The notes under the pieces were generated by a model. It searched no databases. It saw only the letters and a list, made by a program, of their open reading frames with translations, and had not been told where the DNA came from. Shown in pieces: positions 29,909 to 39,538 of a stretch of 64,000 bases of DNA; position 1 is the first letter of the stretch; every line of letters starts with the position of its first letter. Where the stretch lies: positions 44,975-108,974 of the forward strand of contig CAKQSV010000003.1 of the NCBI GenBank assembly GCA_934273635.1. The letters run 5' to 3'. Made by a program: the position numbers and the translations under genes. This DNA is from an uncultured Alphaproteobacteria bacterium (GTDB taxonomy: Bacteria; Pseudomonadota; Alphaproteobacteria; RF32; CAG-239).

Positions 29909-32107
29909 TTATCTGATCGGTTTGAGAACAATAGTCGCCAACGGCGGCACGGTGACTTCAAGCGTATATGGTTTGCAATTCCACTCACCGTCATGCGCCT
30001 CAAGCACGCCTTCGTTTTTAACGCCGCTACCCCAGTAATTTTTATCATCACTGTTGAAAATTTCCTGATAGCCGCATTTTTCGTTCACACCGATTTTATG
30101 CGCCGTACGCACAACCGGTGTAAAGTTACAAATCACAATCATATAATCCGCCGGATTATGCCCCTTACGGATATAAGAAATGATGCTGTCGTCAGCGTTG
30201 GAGTGCTCAATCCACTCAAAACCGCGGTAGTCAAAATCAACCTCGTAAAACGCCGGATTGCCCTTATACATCAGGTTCAAATCACGCACGCAATTTTGCA
30301 TACCCTTATACATCGGATAATCCAACAAATGCCAACGCAGGCTGTCTTCAGAGTTCCACTCCCAATCTTGTCCGAACTCACAGCCCATAAACAGCAACTT
30401 CTTCCCAGGGTGGGTATACATAAAGCCGTAATAAGCGCGCAGGTTGGCAAACTTTTGCCACTCGTCCCCAGGCATTTTGCCAAGCATTGAACCTTTGCCA
30501 TGCACGACCTCATCGTGAGAAATCGGCAAGATAAAGTTTTCATTAAAGGCATAAAGCAGACCAAACGTCAGCATACCGTGATGATATTTGCGGTGGATTG
30601 GCTCGTGAGAAATGTATTTGAGCGTGTCGTTCATCCAACCCATATTCCATTTATAACCGAATCCAAGTCCGCCCATTGATGTCGGACGAGAGACCATCGG
30701 CCACGCGGTCGACTCTTCGGCGCAGGTGCAAGCGCCCTTGCACTGACCATAAACCAGCTCGTTCATTTTGCGCAAAAACGAGATAGCCTCGATATTTTCA
30801 TTACCACCGTAGATATTGGGAATCCACTCGCCGTTTTTGCGGGAGTAATCCAAATAAAGCATTGAGGCAACCGCGTCGACACGTAAGCCGTCAATATGAT
30901 ATTCCTTCAGCCAATACAAGGCGCTGGCGCACAAAAAGTTGCAAACTTCGGTGCGACCGTAGTTATAAATTTTTGTTCCCCAATCCAAGTGCTCGCCCTT
31001 GCGCGGGTCGGCGTGCTCGTATAAGTGCGTGCCGTCAAACTCAATCAGTCCGTGAGCGTCTTTCGGGAAGTGTGCCGGAACCCAGTCCATAATCACCGAG
31101 ATACCGGCCTGATGAAACTTGTCTATCATATAACGCAAATCGTCCGGCGTGCCAAAACGACTGGTGGGTGCGAACATACCAATCACCTGATAGCCCCAAG
31201 AACAATCTAACGGGTGTTCGGCAAGCGGTAAAAACTCAACATGGGTAAAGCCCATATTGCAGACATAAGGCACCAGATAGTCAGCCATTTCGCGATAAGT
31301 CAAAAACTCTTTGCCATCTTTGCCTTTGCGACGCCATGAACCGAGGTGGACCTCATAAATCGACATCGGCTTATCAAAAGTGCTGTTTTCCTCGCGGTTA
31401 TCCATCCATGATTTATCGTGCCAATCATAGTGGTTGAGGTCATAGACGACCGACGCGGTTTTCGGGCGAACTTCGCTCCAGAATCCGACAGGATCAGACT
31501 TGGTTAAAATGTAATCTTCTTGGGTTTTGATTTCATATTTATAAATCTCACCCTCGCCAATGTTGGGGATAAAAACATCCCACACGCCGCAGTTGTGGTG
31601 TTTGCGCATGGCGTTAATACGTCCGTCCCAGTTGTTGAAATTACCGATGACAGACACACGTTTGGCATTGGGCGCCCACACGGCAAACGCCACACCCTTA
31701 ACGCCGTTGATTTCCATAACATGCGCGCCGAGTTTTTTATACATTTCAAGGTGATTGCCTTCCGCCAACAAATAAACATCAATATCCCCAAGGGTGGAAG
31801 GAAAAGCATACACATCAGCGTGCTCAAACTTTTCGCCTTTATCATTTTCGGTACGGAAGCGATAGTCAAAACTCTCCACCGCGCCGAAGTTTATTTGAAA
31901 GAATCCTCTGTCATCAAGTTTGGTCATATAGCCCAGAGACGAACCGTCGGTTTTGATAACTTCTATTGACGCGGCGTGCGGGTCATAGGCGCGGATAAAA
32001 ATCTCTTTACTGCCCTTATCCTTATGGATACCCAACACTGAAAACACGTTGCCGTGATCGCCGTTGATAACGGCTTCCATCTCTGCTTTTGATAATAAAT
32101 TTTCCAT
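29909..32107 (-). CDS. glgB: 1,4-alpha-glucan branching enzyme
   Basis: 732-aa GH13 branching enzyme (DWVPAHF, GLRVDAV, ...). 15 nt upstream of glgX. Confidence 0.9.
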   Translation of the reverse strand: MENLLSKAEMEAVINGDHGNVFSVLGIHKDKGSKEIFIRAYDPHAASIEVIKTDGSSLGYMTKLDDRGFFQINFGAVESFDYRFRTENDKGEKFEHADVYAFPSTLGDIDVYLLAEGNHLEMYKKLGAHVMEINGVKGVAFAVWAPNAKRVSVIGNFNNWDGRINAMRKHHNCGVWDVFIPNIGEGEIYKYEIKTQEDYILTKSDPVGFWSEVRPKTASVVYDLNHYDWHDKSWMDNREENSTFDKPMSIYEVHLGSWRRKGKDGKEFLTYREMADYLVPYVCNMGFTHVEFLPLAEHPLDCSWGYQVIGMFAPTSRFGTPDDLRYMIDKFHQAGISVIMDWVPAHFPKDAHGLIEFDGTHLYEHADPRKGEHLDWGTKIYNYGRTEVCNFLCASALYWLKEYHIDGLRVDAVASMLYLDYSRKNGEWIPNIYGGNENIEAISFLRKMNELVYGQCKGACTCAEESTAWPMVSRPTSMGGLGFGYKWNMGWMNDTLKYISHEPIHRKYHHGMLTFGLLYAFNENFILPISHDEVVHGKGSMLGKMPGDEWQKFANLRAYYGFMYTHPGKKLLFMGCEFGQDWEWNSEDSLRWHLLDYPMYKGMQNCVRDLNLMYKGNPAFYEVDFDYRGFEWIEHSNADDSIISYIRKGHNPADYMIVICNFTPVVRTAHKIGVNEKCGYQEIFNSDDKNYWGSGVKNEGVLEAHDGEWNCKPYTLEVTVPPLATIVLKPIR

Positions 32108-32356
32108 ATACTAGCCCCCTAATAGACTATTAAAAACATAATTAGACTTGATGATAATAATCATGCGCATATTTTATATATACCCACTTTAAAAACAATC
32201 TATAAATTCTTATCATTTTAAATGCAAGCAAATATCTGCGTTCTCCAACTTTATTTTATTTTAAGGATAAAAAACAACGATTTGTAGTTGACGTATTTAT
32301 TTTTGATTGTATAGTTATCTTGTTATCTAACAATTTTTTATTATTTGGAGTTAGTT

Positions 32357-32563
32357 ATGGCAAATAAACTTAATGAAAATTCTATCAGAGAAGCCGCTTA
32401 TTATCTGTGGCAGAATGCCGGTTGCCCGCAAGGTAATGACGAATATTTCTGGTCTCAGGCTGTTGAACAGTTGAGCCCGAAATCTTCTACAAAAAAATCT
32501 TCGAGCAAGGTTTCTGCAAGCAGCACTTCTTCTGCTAAAAAGTCTTCTAAAAAATCTAAGTAA
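32357..32563 (+). CDS. DUF2934-family small protein with Lys/Ser-rich tail
   Basis: GGAG RBS. IREAAYYLWQNAGCPQGNDEYFWSQAVEQL matches the DUF2934 signature IRERAYxLWxxxGxPxGxDxxxWxxAE. Confidence 0.65.
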   Translation: MANKLNENSIREAAYYLWQNAGCPQGNDEYFWSQAVEQLSPKSSTKKSSSKVSASSTSSAKKSSKKSK

Positions 32564-32592
32564 TTTTTTAAGAAGATTTGGATTTATCACAC

Positions 32593-32625
32593 AAAAAACT
32601 CTGCTTTATCAGCAGAGTTTTTTTG
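32593..32625. terminator. bidirectional rho-independent terminator
   Basis: ACTCTGCT/AGCAGAGT stem flanked by an A-run and a T-run. Sits between the convergent DUF2934 and MTase genes. Confidence 0.55.
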
Positions 32626-32715
32626 TTGTTGCGGAGGGGTGGAAAAGGCATAATTTACACATTTTGGCAATGTGTTAGCGTTAAGCATATACCTAGACGC
32701 TCCTTCGTGCCACGT

Positions 32716-33753
32716 TCAATTTTTGCATTTTACAACATAAAGATGTTCATTAACTGTATTATTACTGTTTTTATAATGTCTGTGTTCATTGTCTAATTCT
32801 GTTCTAAAACGCCTGTATTCTTTTATGTATTCTTCAACATCGCCTTTAGCTTCTAAAATTTTCAATATTCTGTCCCTAGAAATTATGCCTTCATCATTAT
32901 AACTTAGTACTATGTATTTTACTTTCGCATGCTCAATAAGATCCTCTAGTGTTTCAGCTGCTTTTGCTTTTTTACAGTACAAAGACTTTTTATCACTATA
33001 ATCTCTTTGTCCTGTTTTTCCCCTTAGATCTTGCTTATCCCAAACGGCAAGTGTTTCTAGAACATGAAAATTAGAAGCATATTGTCTTTCGTTATAGGGC
33101 GGATCCAAATATAGTATATCACCTTTGATTTCCCGTATAAGCTTGTTTGCATCTTCTTGTCTCACTAAATTTTCCTTATTATTTGAACTTATTTTAGGCA
33201 ACTCCACATGAATAGGTTTTAGAGCCATTGACCTCCATATTTTTAAATATGCCCCATATGTGCCCGATATATTTGCAACAAAATCGACCGCATCAATCAG
33301 AGATGAAAGCAAAATATAATATTCTGACTCAGATATTTTTTGTGTGATATACCATTCCTCAATTTGTTCTCTCATTGCATCAATTCGTAATGCATTACTG
33401 TCAGAAAAATATTGCCGATTATATTTTCCAGATGGAGCAAAATTTTCAAAAAAATATCCTTTTTTTATCAATCGAGGATTGTTTAATATATCCAATACAC
33501 CTTCTATTCCTGAAGAAGATATCTTATGATATTTGGGCATATGGTTTGCCTCTATCAAAGCATATTGAACTATATATGAATATGTCATAATATCATTGGC
33601 TATCACCCTCAATCCTTTCTGTTTGAAATATGTTCCAACAGCTCCTGTTCCCCCAAAGATATCAATAAGCGTTCCTGAACAACATATTCCGCTGTGCTGG
33701 ATTGAACTTTGAATAAATTCAAGCAATCGTGTTTTATTACCTATATATTTCAC
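32716..33753 (-). CDS. D12-class (Dam/DpnM-like, alpha-type) N6-adenine DNA methyltransferase
   Basis: N-terminal KYIGNKTRLL and FGGTGAVG (motif I). Later LYLDPPYNERQY (motif IV). Confidence 0.8.
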   Translation of the reverse strand: MKYIGNKTRLLEFIQSSIQHSGICCSGTLIDIFGGTGAVGTYFKQKGLRVIANDIMTYSYIVQYALIEANHMPKYHKISSSGIEGVLDILNNPRLIKKGYFFENFAPSGKYNRQYFSDSNALRIDAMREQIEEWYITQKISESEYYILLSSLIDAVDFVANISGTYGAYLKIWRSMALKPIHVELPKISSNNKENLVRQEDANKLIREIKGDILYLDPPYNERQYASNFHVLETLAVWDKQDLRGKTGQRDYSDKKSLYCKKAKAAETLEDLIEHAKVKYIVLSYNDEGIISRDRILKILEAKGDVEEYIKEYRRFRTELDNEHRHYKNSNNTVNEHLYVVKCKN

Positions 33754-35813
33754 TGGTTAAATTCCAAATCTAATTTGTTTTTCAGTTGTTCATCAAAGTA
33801 AGGAGAATATACTAACTTAAACTTTGTTTTATTATGTATATCTGTATATACAATTATTACTATAAAATTCTGTTCTGAGGTCACATCGGAAAAATGTCCC
33901 AACTTTATTGCTCCTTCAACTTTGACATACTCAATCTTAACATAATACTCTGGATCTTTATTAGGTTGAGTTGGCAAATTGTAAATAAAAGCATCAAATT
34001 TTATATGATTATTTAAACATAAACTATCAATTATCTTTCCTGCATTTTTCATTGCTGTTTGTATTTTTGTATCAGAAAGTAGTGAAAAATAATCATTTTT
34101 TCCTTCTGCCACCATGAAAATATTTGCGGCATCCTGCATTATTAAATCAACTTTCGTTGAGACTCTTTCTATTCTTTTGTAGGTATCTAAGTCTCTTTGG
34201 TGAATAATCAATTGTTGCCATGATGAGTGGTGTGTATGAATAAAACACAGTAGCCAACCTGCCCGAATAGTAGACATGTTTAAATATGTGGAAACTACGG
34301 CCGTTTCTTCTGTTTGCATGAGAGGAATTGTATTAATTAAAGAAGACGGACTATATTCATCAGTACTATCAATTTCATTTTCTAGTTGTGTAATTAGAAC
34401 AGAATTATTCAACACCAAAATATCAATATAATTTGCAATAGCTTTATATAATTTCGTTCCTTTTTTAGATTTAATATCAAAGTATTCCGGCGTTTCTACT
34501 ATACCATATCCAATAACAGGTCTATTTTTATTTCCTCTATAGTCATACCCAAACAATTCACAAAAAGCTACAATCTCACCACTCTCTGGATCTGGAGAAA
34601 AAGTTAGAATTCCATTTGATTTTTTACAAATTCTAAGAGGAATGATTATCACTTCCTTATATTGCTCTGATAAGAGTGTATGAATTATCGTTTGCATATG
34701 AGGAAATTTATTAATGAGATAATTTTTACAACTACTTAAATCAGCTATTCCTATTTTTACATTTCCTGTGATATAACTAAGTGCTGGTTTATTTTGCTTT
34801 TTCAGAAAACTCAACATCTCTGAAATCCACGTTTTCTTTTCATAGGCCTTCCATATTGTTAACAAACTGTAATTTATTTCATCAATGGGATATTGAGTAA
34901 TAAATGTTCCATCATCCTCATTATACAAATATTTATCCAAATCACTCGCGAATTTTTCCGGATATTCAAGTAAAGCTTCTTCAATTTTTGAATTAATTAC
35001 AGGAAAATCTAACTTTAATCTAGCTTCTGTTCCTATTCCATTTCGTCCATACTTTCCTTCTTTCAGATAGGACAACATATGTATAATAAAATCTTTTTCA
35101 TACCTTCTTTGTTTTGAAATGTAAAGTTTATCAACATCTGAAACCAACACTGATTTTATATATTGTTCAAACAATTCTTTAGCATCTTTAGGTGTACGAA
35201 CCCGTGTTGAGGAATCATTAAAATTATTCTCTAAATATGCAACAAATGAAGGTGTTTTATAGCGTATAGAATACAGCAAATGGTTATATACCTGTAACGA
35301 GGTTGGCTCTCTCACTGTATTTTGAGAAATATCTTTTCCTGAATAAAATGTTTGATAAATAAATGGAACTCCATTTTTTGCAGCTCCAAGTTTACGCCCT
35401 TCTCTTTGCCATTGTGAATTTCCAACAGATGCTGTTTCTGTATTTTCACCTGCTAAAATAGGTTTATTTGATGTTAATGAATAGAATATATAATCAGGAA
35501 GATCTATGAATTTTCTAATATTGTCTACACTTCTAGGTAAATTCCATTTATTATACGTTCCGCAAATTTTTATTGCATATAGCCTACCTTTTTCGTCTCT
35601 GAAAATGTATATGGGTTGATCAATGGGCTCATAAACCACACCATAAAAGGCAAGTATATAATCAGAATTAGTAAGCATATTTAACAGTGCAATACCCTCT
35701 AAAATATTATCGCTATACAGTAAAAATTCATACACAGATGATAGTGACCTAAATTCATCCAGAGAGATAATTTTAGATGCTGTAATTTTAGGATTTACTA
35801 AATTTGATTGCAT
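33750..35813 (-). CDS. orphan 687-aa protein, candidate restriction endonuclease or effector of the cassette
   Basis: Long AT-rich ORF. Translationally coupled at both ends (2-nt gap to the upstream MTase; 4-nt overlap with the downstream MTase). No motif I recognise. Confidence 0.55.
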   Translation of the reverse strand: MQSNLVNPKITASKIISLDEFRSLSSVYEFLLYSDNILEGIALLNMLTNSDYILAFYGVVYEPIDQPIYIFRDEKGRLYAIKICGTYNKWNLPRSVDNIRKFIDLPDYIFYSLTSNKPILAGENTETASVGNSQWQREGRKLGAAKNGVPFIYQTFYSGKDISQNTVREPTSLQVYNHLLYSIRYKTPSFVAYLENNFNDSSTRVRTPKDAKELFEQYIKSVLVSDVDKLYISKQRRYEKDFIIHMLSYLKEGKYGRNGIGTEARLKLDFPVINSKIEEALLEYPEKFASDLDKYLYNEDDGTFITQYPIDEINYSLLTIWKAYEKKTWISEMLSFLKKQNKPALSYITGNVKIGIADLSSCKNYLINKFPHMQTIIHTLLSEQYKEVIIIPLRICKKSNGILTFSPDPESGEIVAFCELFGYDYRGNKNRPVIGYGIVETPEYFDIKSKKGTKLYKAIANYIDILVLNNSVLITQLENEIDSTDEYSPSSLINTIPLMQTEETAVVSTYLNMSTIRAGWLLCFIHTHHSSWQQLIIHQRDLDTYKRIERVSTKVDLIMQDAANIFMVAEGKNDYFSLLSDTKIQTAMKNAGKIIDSLCLNNHIKFDAFIYNLPTQPNKDPEYYVKIEYVKVEGAIKLGHFSDVTSEQNFIVIIVYTDIHNKTKFKLVYSPYFDEQLKNKLDLEFNQ

Positions 35814-35814
35814 A

Positions 35815-36672
35815 TTATACCTCTTTACGAAAAATCAGAATATGCTGGTGAATTAAAGATGGAATATATGCAAAAGGATACCCATATATATGTAGCATTT
35901 TTGAATCATCATGCCAAATAATATCTGATTTTAATACAAAGCCAGGAATTGAAGAAATTGTCCGAGCCAACTCACCTGACAATAAATGAAACTCTTTTCC
36001 CCTGTACATATCTCCTATAAAAACTGCCATGTAACTATTTTTTTTCAGTGCAGGCAGTGTGCTTTCAAAAATAGATTTCATTTCCTCAAGCCATTCTTCC
36101 TTTGTTTGCAACGACTTGTTATTAAACTTTGAAAGATTAGATTTTCGTTCTGCCGCAGATGATCGCGTTTTGGTTAACCGATCCATAATCCAATAAGGAA
36201 CATCCGTTATCACAAAATCGACACTATCACTTTGTATTTTTTTTAATTTCTCTTTCGCATCTCCAATCAGAACAGGAAATTGTTTTAATTTTTCCAATTT
36301 GCACACTTCATTGTAAATACTTACCCATTTTTCATTAAGTTCTATACCTATTGCTTCTCTGCCGCAAAGTGCCGCACCTAGTAAAGACCCTCCAACGCCA
36401 GCCAAAGGGTCAAGTATTAATTGTCCTTTTTTAGAAAAAACTTTTATTAAATCAGCACATAATTGTGGTGGTTTCTGCCCTCCATGCTGAGCTCTTAGCT
36501 TATGTTGCAGATTTGACGGATACACCTTAGATATGACGCTTTTTGTCCAAAATTGCCACTCTGCTCCAGTTAGATCATTCAATTTATTTCTTGGATCATA
36601 CACTGGTTTTCTATTGTAACCTTGGTTACTTTCATTATTTTTTGGCACTACCTTTCCAAACAAATCTTTCAT
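35815..36672 (-). CDS. N4/N6 DNA methyltransferase (PF01555-like) with circularly permuted motif order
   Basis: HGGQKPPQL...ILDPLAGVGGS...IGIE (motifs X-I) precede DSVDFVITDVPYW (motif IV). Confidence 0.75.
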   Translation of the reverse strand: MKDLFGKVVPKNNESNQGYNRKPVYDPRNKLNDLTGAEWQFWTKSVISKVYPSNLQHKLRAQHGGQKPPQLCADLIKVFSKKGQLILDPLAGVGGSLLGAALCGREAIGIELNEKWVSIYNEVCKLEKLKQFPVLIGDAKEKLKKIQSDSVDFVITDVPYWIMDRLTKTRSSAAERKSNLSKFNNKSLQTKEEWLEEMKSIFESTLPALKKNSYMAVFIGDMYRGKEFHLLSGELARTISSIPGFVLKSDIIWHDDSKMLHIYGYPFAYIPSLIHQHILIFRKEV

Positions 36673-36805
36673 TAATTACCTCTTCCTTTCAAAAGTAATT
36701 ATAGATAAAGTTTATTCCAAAAGTCCAGTCTTTATTTATGTTTTACATTTTAGGTGAATAAACTTTTAAGTTACTTTGTTTTTTTATTTGTACTTTATCA
36801 TCTGT

Positions 36806-38845
36806 TTACGGCAATGTCCAAAAGCGGTTGCCTATCCATGAACTGACGGTTTTAACAACCGGTTGATTATCTTCAAAATACACCTCAAATGCCGCGTGGT
36901 CGGTGTAATCTTGATTATCTATTTTAACGCCGCCGCGCTTATGCAAGACAATGCGTTTTTTATAGGTGCACTGTTTTTCATCACAAAGCAAATCGACAAA
37001 TTGCGGGTTTGTCTTCTGCCCTTTATAAATTTGGCGCAGGGTTTGCTTGTCATCCTCGGTCAACGGGCGTTGCGCCAGACGTTCTTGCCACATCTGTTTG
37101 GTAAAATAGTTGCCACGGTTAGGGAGAATCAGCATTTTGCCATCGGTTGCCTTCACCGCAAAAGTTTTGGCTTTAGCATCGACCAACACATCCGGTTCTC
37201 GCACGCAACATATTGATAAAAATCCGAGTATTATTCCCAACCAACCAAAATAACGCCACCTGCTTTGCCACAGCGCCAACCACAATCCACCGATGACAAT
37301 TAAGCCCAGACCCCACGCCGGCATTGCCACCACCTGATATGACGCGTTGTCAAGCCCCGACACCCAATGGGTGATGTTATTGACCTTGTCTATCCCCTCG
37401 CCCGTCAGCAACAGCGGATATTTATCCAGACCGAACGGCATTAGCAACAGAGAAATCAGCACCGAAGGCATAATCCACAGACCAATAATCGGTCCTGCCG
37501 CCAGATTGGCGATACTGGTATAGACCGAAACCCGATTGAAATGATAAATCGCAAACGGGAGCGTTGCCATACTGGCAATAAAGTCCGCCACCACAATACC
37601 CGTCAGGTAAACTATCGTTATTTTGACCGCGCGGATAAGCCAAACGTCTGCTTTGTTGACGTGCCAAAAATTTTGAACTTTTGCGGCGTGTTTTTCATAA
37701 AAAGCCACCAACATAATCACCGCGGCAAAAGACATTTGGAATCCGGCGCTAATCAGCACCTGCGGTTCAAAAATCAAAATTATCAGCGCCGCAAAGGCTA
37801 TCATACGCATGGAAATGGCTTTGCGTCCGACCAACACGCCCAACAGCACCAGCGCCGTCATAATAAACGCCCGTTGCGCCGAAATTTGTCCGCCCGAGAT
37901 AATCAGATAAACAAAACTTATCACAATCGCCACCGCCGCCGCAATCTTTTTGGTATCGTGCTTGAGCGCTAACGACGGAATATAAGACAATCCGCGACGG
38001 ATGAGCAAAAACATCAGTCCGGCAATCATACCCATGTGCAGGCCGGAAATCGACAAGAAATGCGCCAGACCTGAATCGCGGTAATCTTTGGTTTGAGGTT
38101 GAGAAATTTTACCCCGTTCTCCGGCAACAATCGCCGCGGTAATACCCGCCGTTTCGGGCGGCAGGGTTTGATAAATGCGAGCGACCACTTTCTCGCGGAG
38201 TTTGGCAACCAAAGGACTGAAAATATCTCGGCTTATGCCTATGTCGCGGCAATCAATCGGATTAACCGAAACATCGGTATAAGCAGTGGCTTTCAGCCCC
38301 TCAAAATATTGACGGCGGTTAAACTGGTAGCTATGGCGCATATTGGGCATCATCAGCGGACGAATCACCGCCACGGTCTCCACACAATCGCCGGTATTAA
38401 TATTCTCTCTGAGGTTAAGCGGCGTGAGGCGGATTTTGCCTTCAAGCGGCGCACCATCAAAGTTTTGCATATCAGACAAAATCAAATATTTTTTACCGCG
38501 ATAATTATAGCCGCTACTTTCAACATAACCACGCAGGTAAGTCGTTTGCTCTTCGGTTGACAAAGGAACTCTGTTGAGATAATGCGCGCGGATTTGAATA
38601 TTGGTAAAGCCCAGAACAAAAACCGCCAACCAACCCAAAATTTGCAATTTTTCAGGTTGGTGACGGCACATATAAGCGGCAATAATCAGTAGTTCAATCG
38701 TCACGGCGGGCAGCCACAGCGACGGCTCAAACGGCAGGCAGAAATAACAGGCTATACCTGCGCCAAACACCACCGGCAGCCACAAGAATATTCGCTCTTG
38801 CTCCTGCTCCAAAATTTTTTCAAGCCGATATGTAAATATGTTCAT
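36806..38845 (-). CDS. comEC: ComEC/Rec2-family DNA internalisation channel (no metallo-beta-lactamase domain seen)
   Basis: Polytopic membrane protein. GAGG RBS before MNIFTYRLE. Competence-domain-like core. The ORF-track start at 38947 is probably an upstream in-frame extension. Confidence 0.7.
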   Translation of the reverse strand: MNIFTYRLEKILEQEQERIFLWLPVVFGAGIACYFCLPFEPSLWLPAVTIELLIIAAYMCRHQPEKLQILGWLAVFVLGFTNIQIRAHYLNRVPLSTEEQTTYLRGYVESSGYNYRGKKYLILSDMQNFDGAPLEGKIRLTPLNLRENINTGDCVETVAVIRPLMMPNMRHSYQFNRRQYFEGLKATAYTDVSVNPIDCRDIGISRDIFSPLVAKLREKVVARIYQTLPPETAGITAAIVAGERGKISQPQTKDYRDSGLAHFLSISGLHMGMIAGLMFLLIRRGLSYIPSLALKHDTKKIAAAVAIVISFVYLIISGGQISAQRAFIMTALVLLGVLVGRKAISMRMIAFAALIILIFEPQVLISAGFQMSFAAVIMLVAFYEKHAAKVQNFWHVNKADVWLIRAVKITIVYLTGIVVADFIASMATLPFAIYHFNRVSVYTSIANLAAGPIIGLWIMPSVLISLLLMPFGLDKYPLLLTGEGIDKVNNITHWVSGLDNASYQVVAMPAWGLGLIVIGGLWLALWQSRWRYFGWLGIILGFLSICCVREPDVLVDAKAKTFAVKATDGKMLILPNRGNYFTKQMWQERLAQRPLTEDDKQTLRQIYKGQKTNPQFVDLLCDEKQCTYKKRIVLHKRGGVKIDNQDYTDHAAFEVYFEDNQPVVKTVSSWIGNRFWTLP

Positions 38846-38980
38846 AGCCTTACCTCTTTTGCGCCCAGCATAGCCGACAGTCCGCCAAATTGCAAATTTT
38901 TCGCGGGTTCTACGCACAAAAAAACAGCTCTGTACCGATTGGGGCACAAAGCTGTTTGAATAATGTTTGAGAAATCAGAA

Positions 38981-39457
38981 CTACTTGAGCGGAATGCGCT
39001 TGATGATACGAACCTTGGCTTTAGGTATCAGCAGATTGCCTCGCGTATCTTTGCTTTGATGAGGCCAACCTGTCGCACCGTTGCAAAGATTGACGGCCTC
39101 GGTTGGCTTGCCATCGGCTGAAGACGCTCCGTAAAGTGCATCGCCCCAGTACCAGTTGTCCCACGTCGGCCAGTTCAGAAAATGGCAACGATCGTTGATA
39201 ACGTGCGCATAGCGGCTGATGGTCTTGAGCTGTGCGGTATCGGGGATTTCTCCGCCATGAACGTGCTTGAGGCACTCATCCGTATCTCCGCAGAACTCTT
39301 TGCCGGTGTCGACATAAACAAACTTATCATCCACAAACAGAACAATACCTGTCAAGTTGTGAGACACTGTCAATTCGTTGGTGGCAAGACCCGCTCTGTT
39401 GATAAACATACCCTGAACAATGTTTGTTGCATTGCTTTTTGTTATTGCTAATTTCAT
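38981..39457 (-). CDS. hypothetical 158-aa protein (Trp-rich NWPTWDNWYWGD segment)
   Basis: ORF with no recognisable family. Confidence 0.4.
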   Translation of the reverse strand: MKLAITKSNATNIVQGMFINRAGLATNELTVSHNLTGIVLFVDDKFVYVDTGKEFCGDTDECLKHVHGGEIPDTAQLKTISRYAHVINDRCHFLNWPTWDNWYWGDALYGASSADGKPTEAVNLCNGATGWPHQSKDTRGNLLIPKAKVRIIKRIPLK

Positions 39458-39538
39458 ATGAAAAATAATTTAGTGAATAAATAATATTTGATTGACTCGC
39501 AATATAGACGATTATTAGACAAAAGTCAACAACAATTT

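Noticed and set aside
38846-38947. N-terminal extension of ComEC from the ORF track
   Set aside because: No RBS. Cys- and Arg-rich, atypical. An ATG with a GAGG RBS at 38845 gives a typical ComEC N-terminus.
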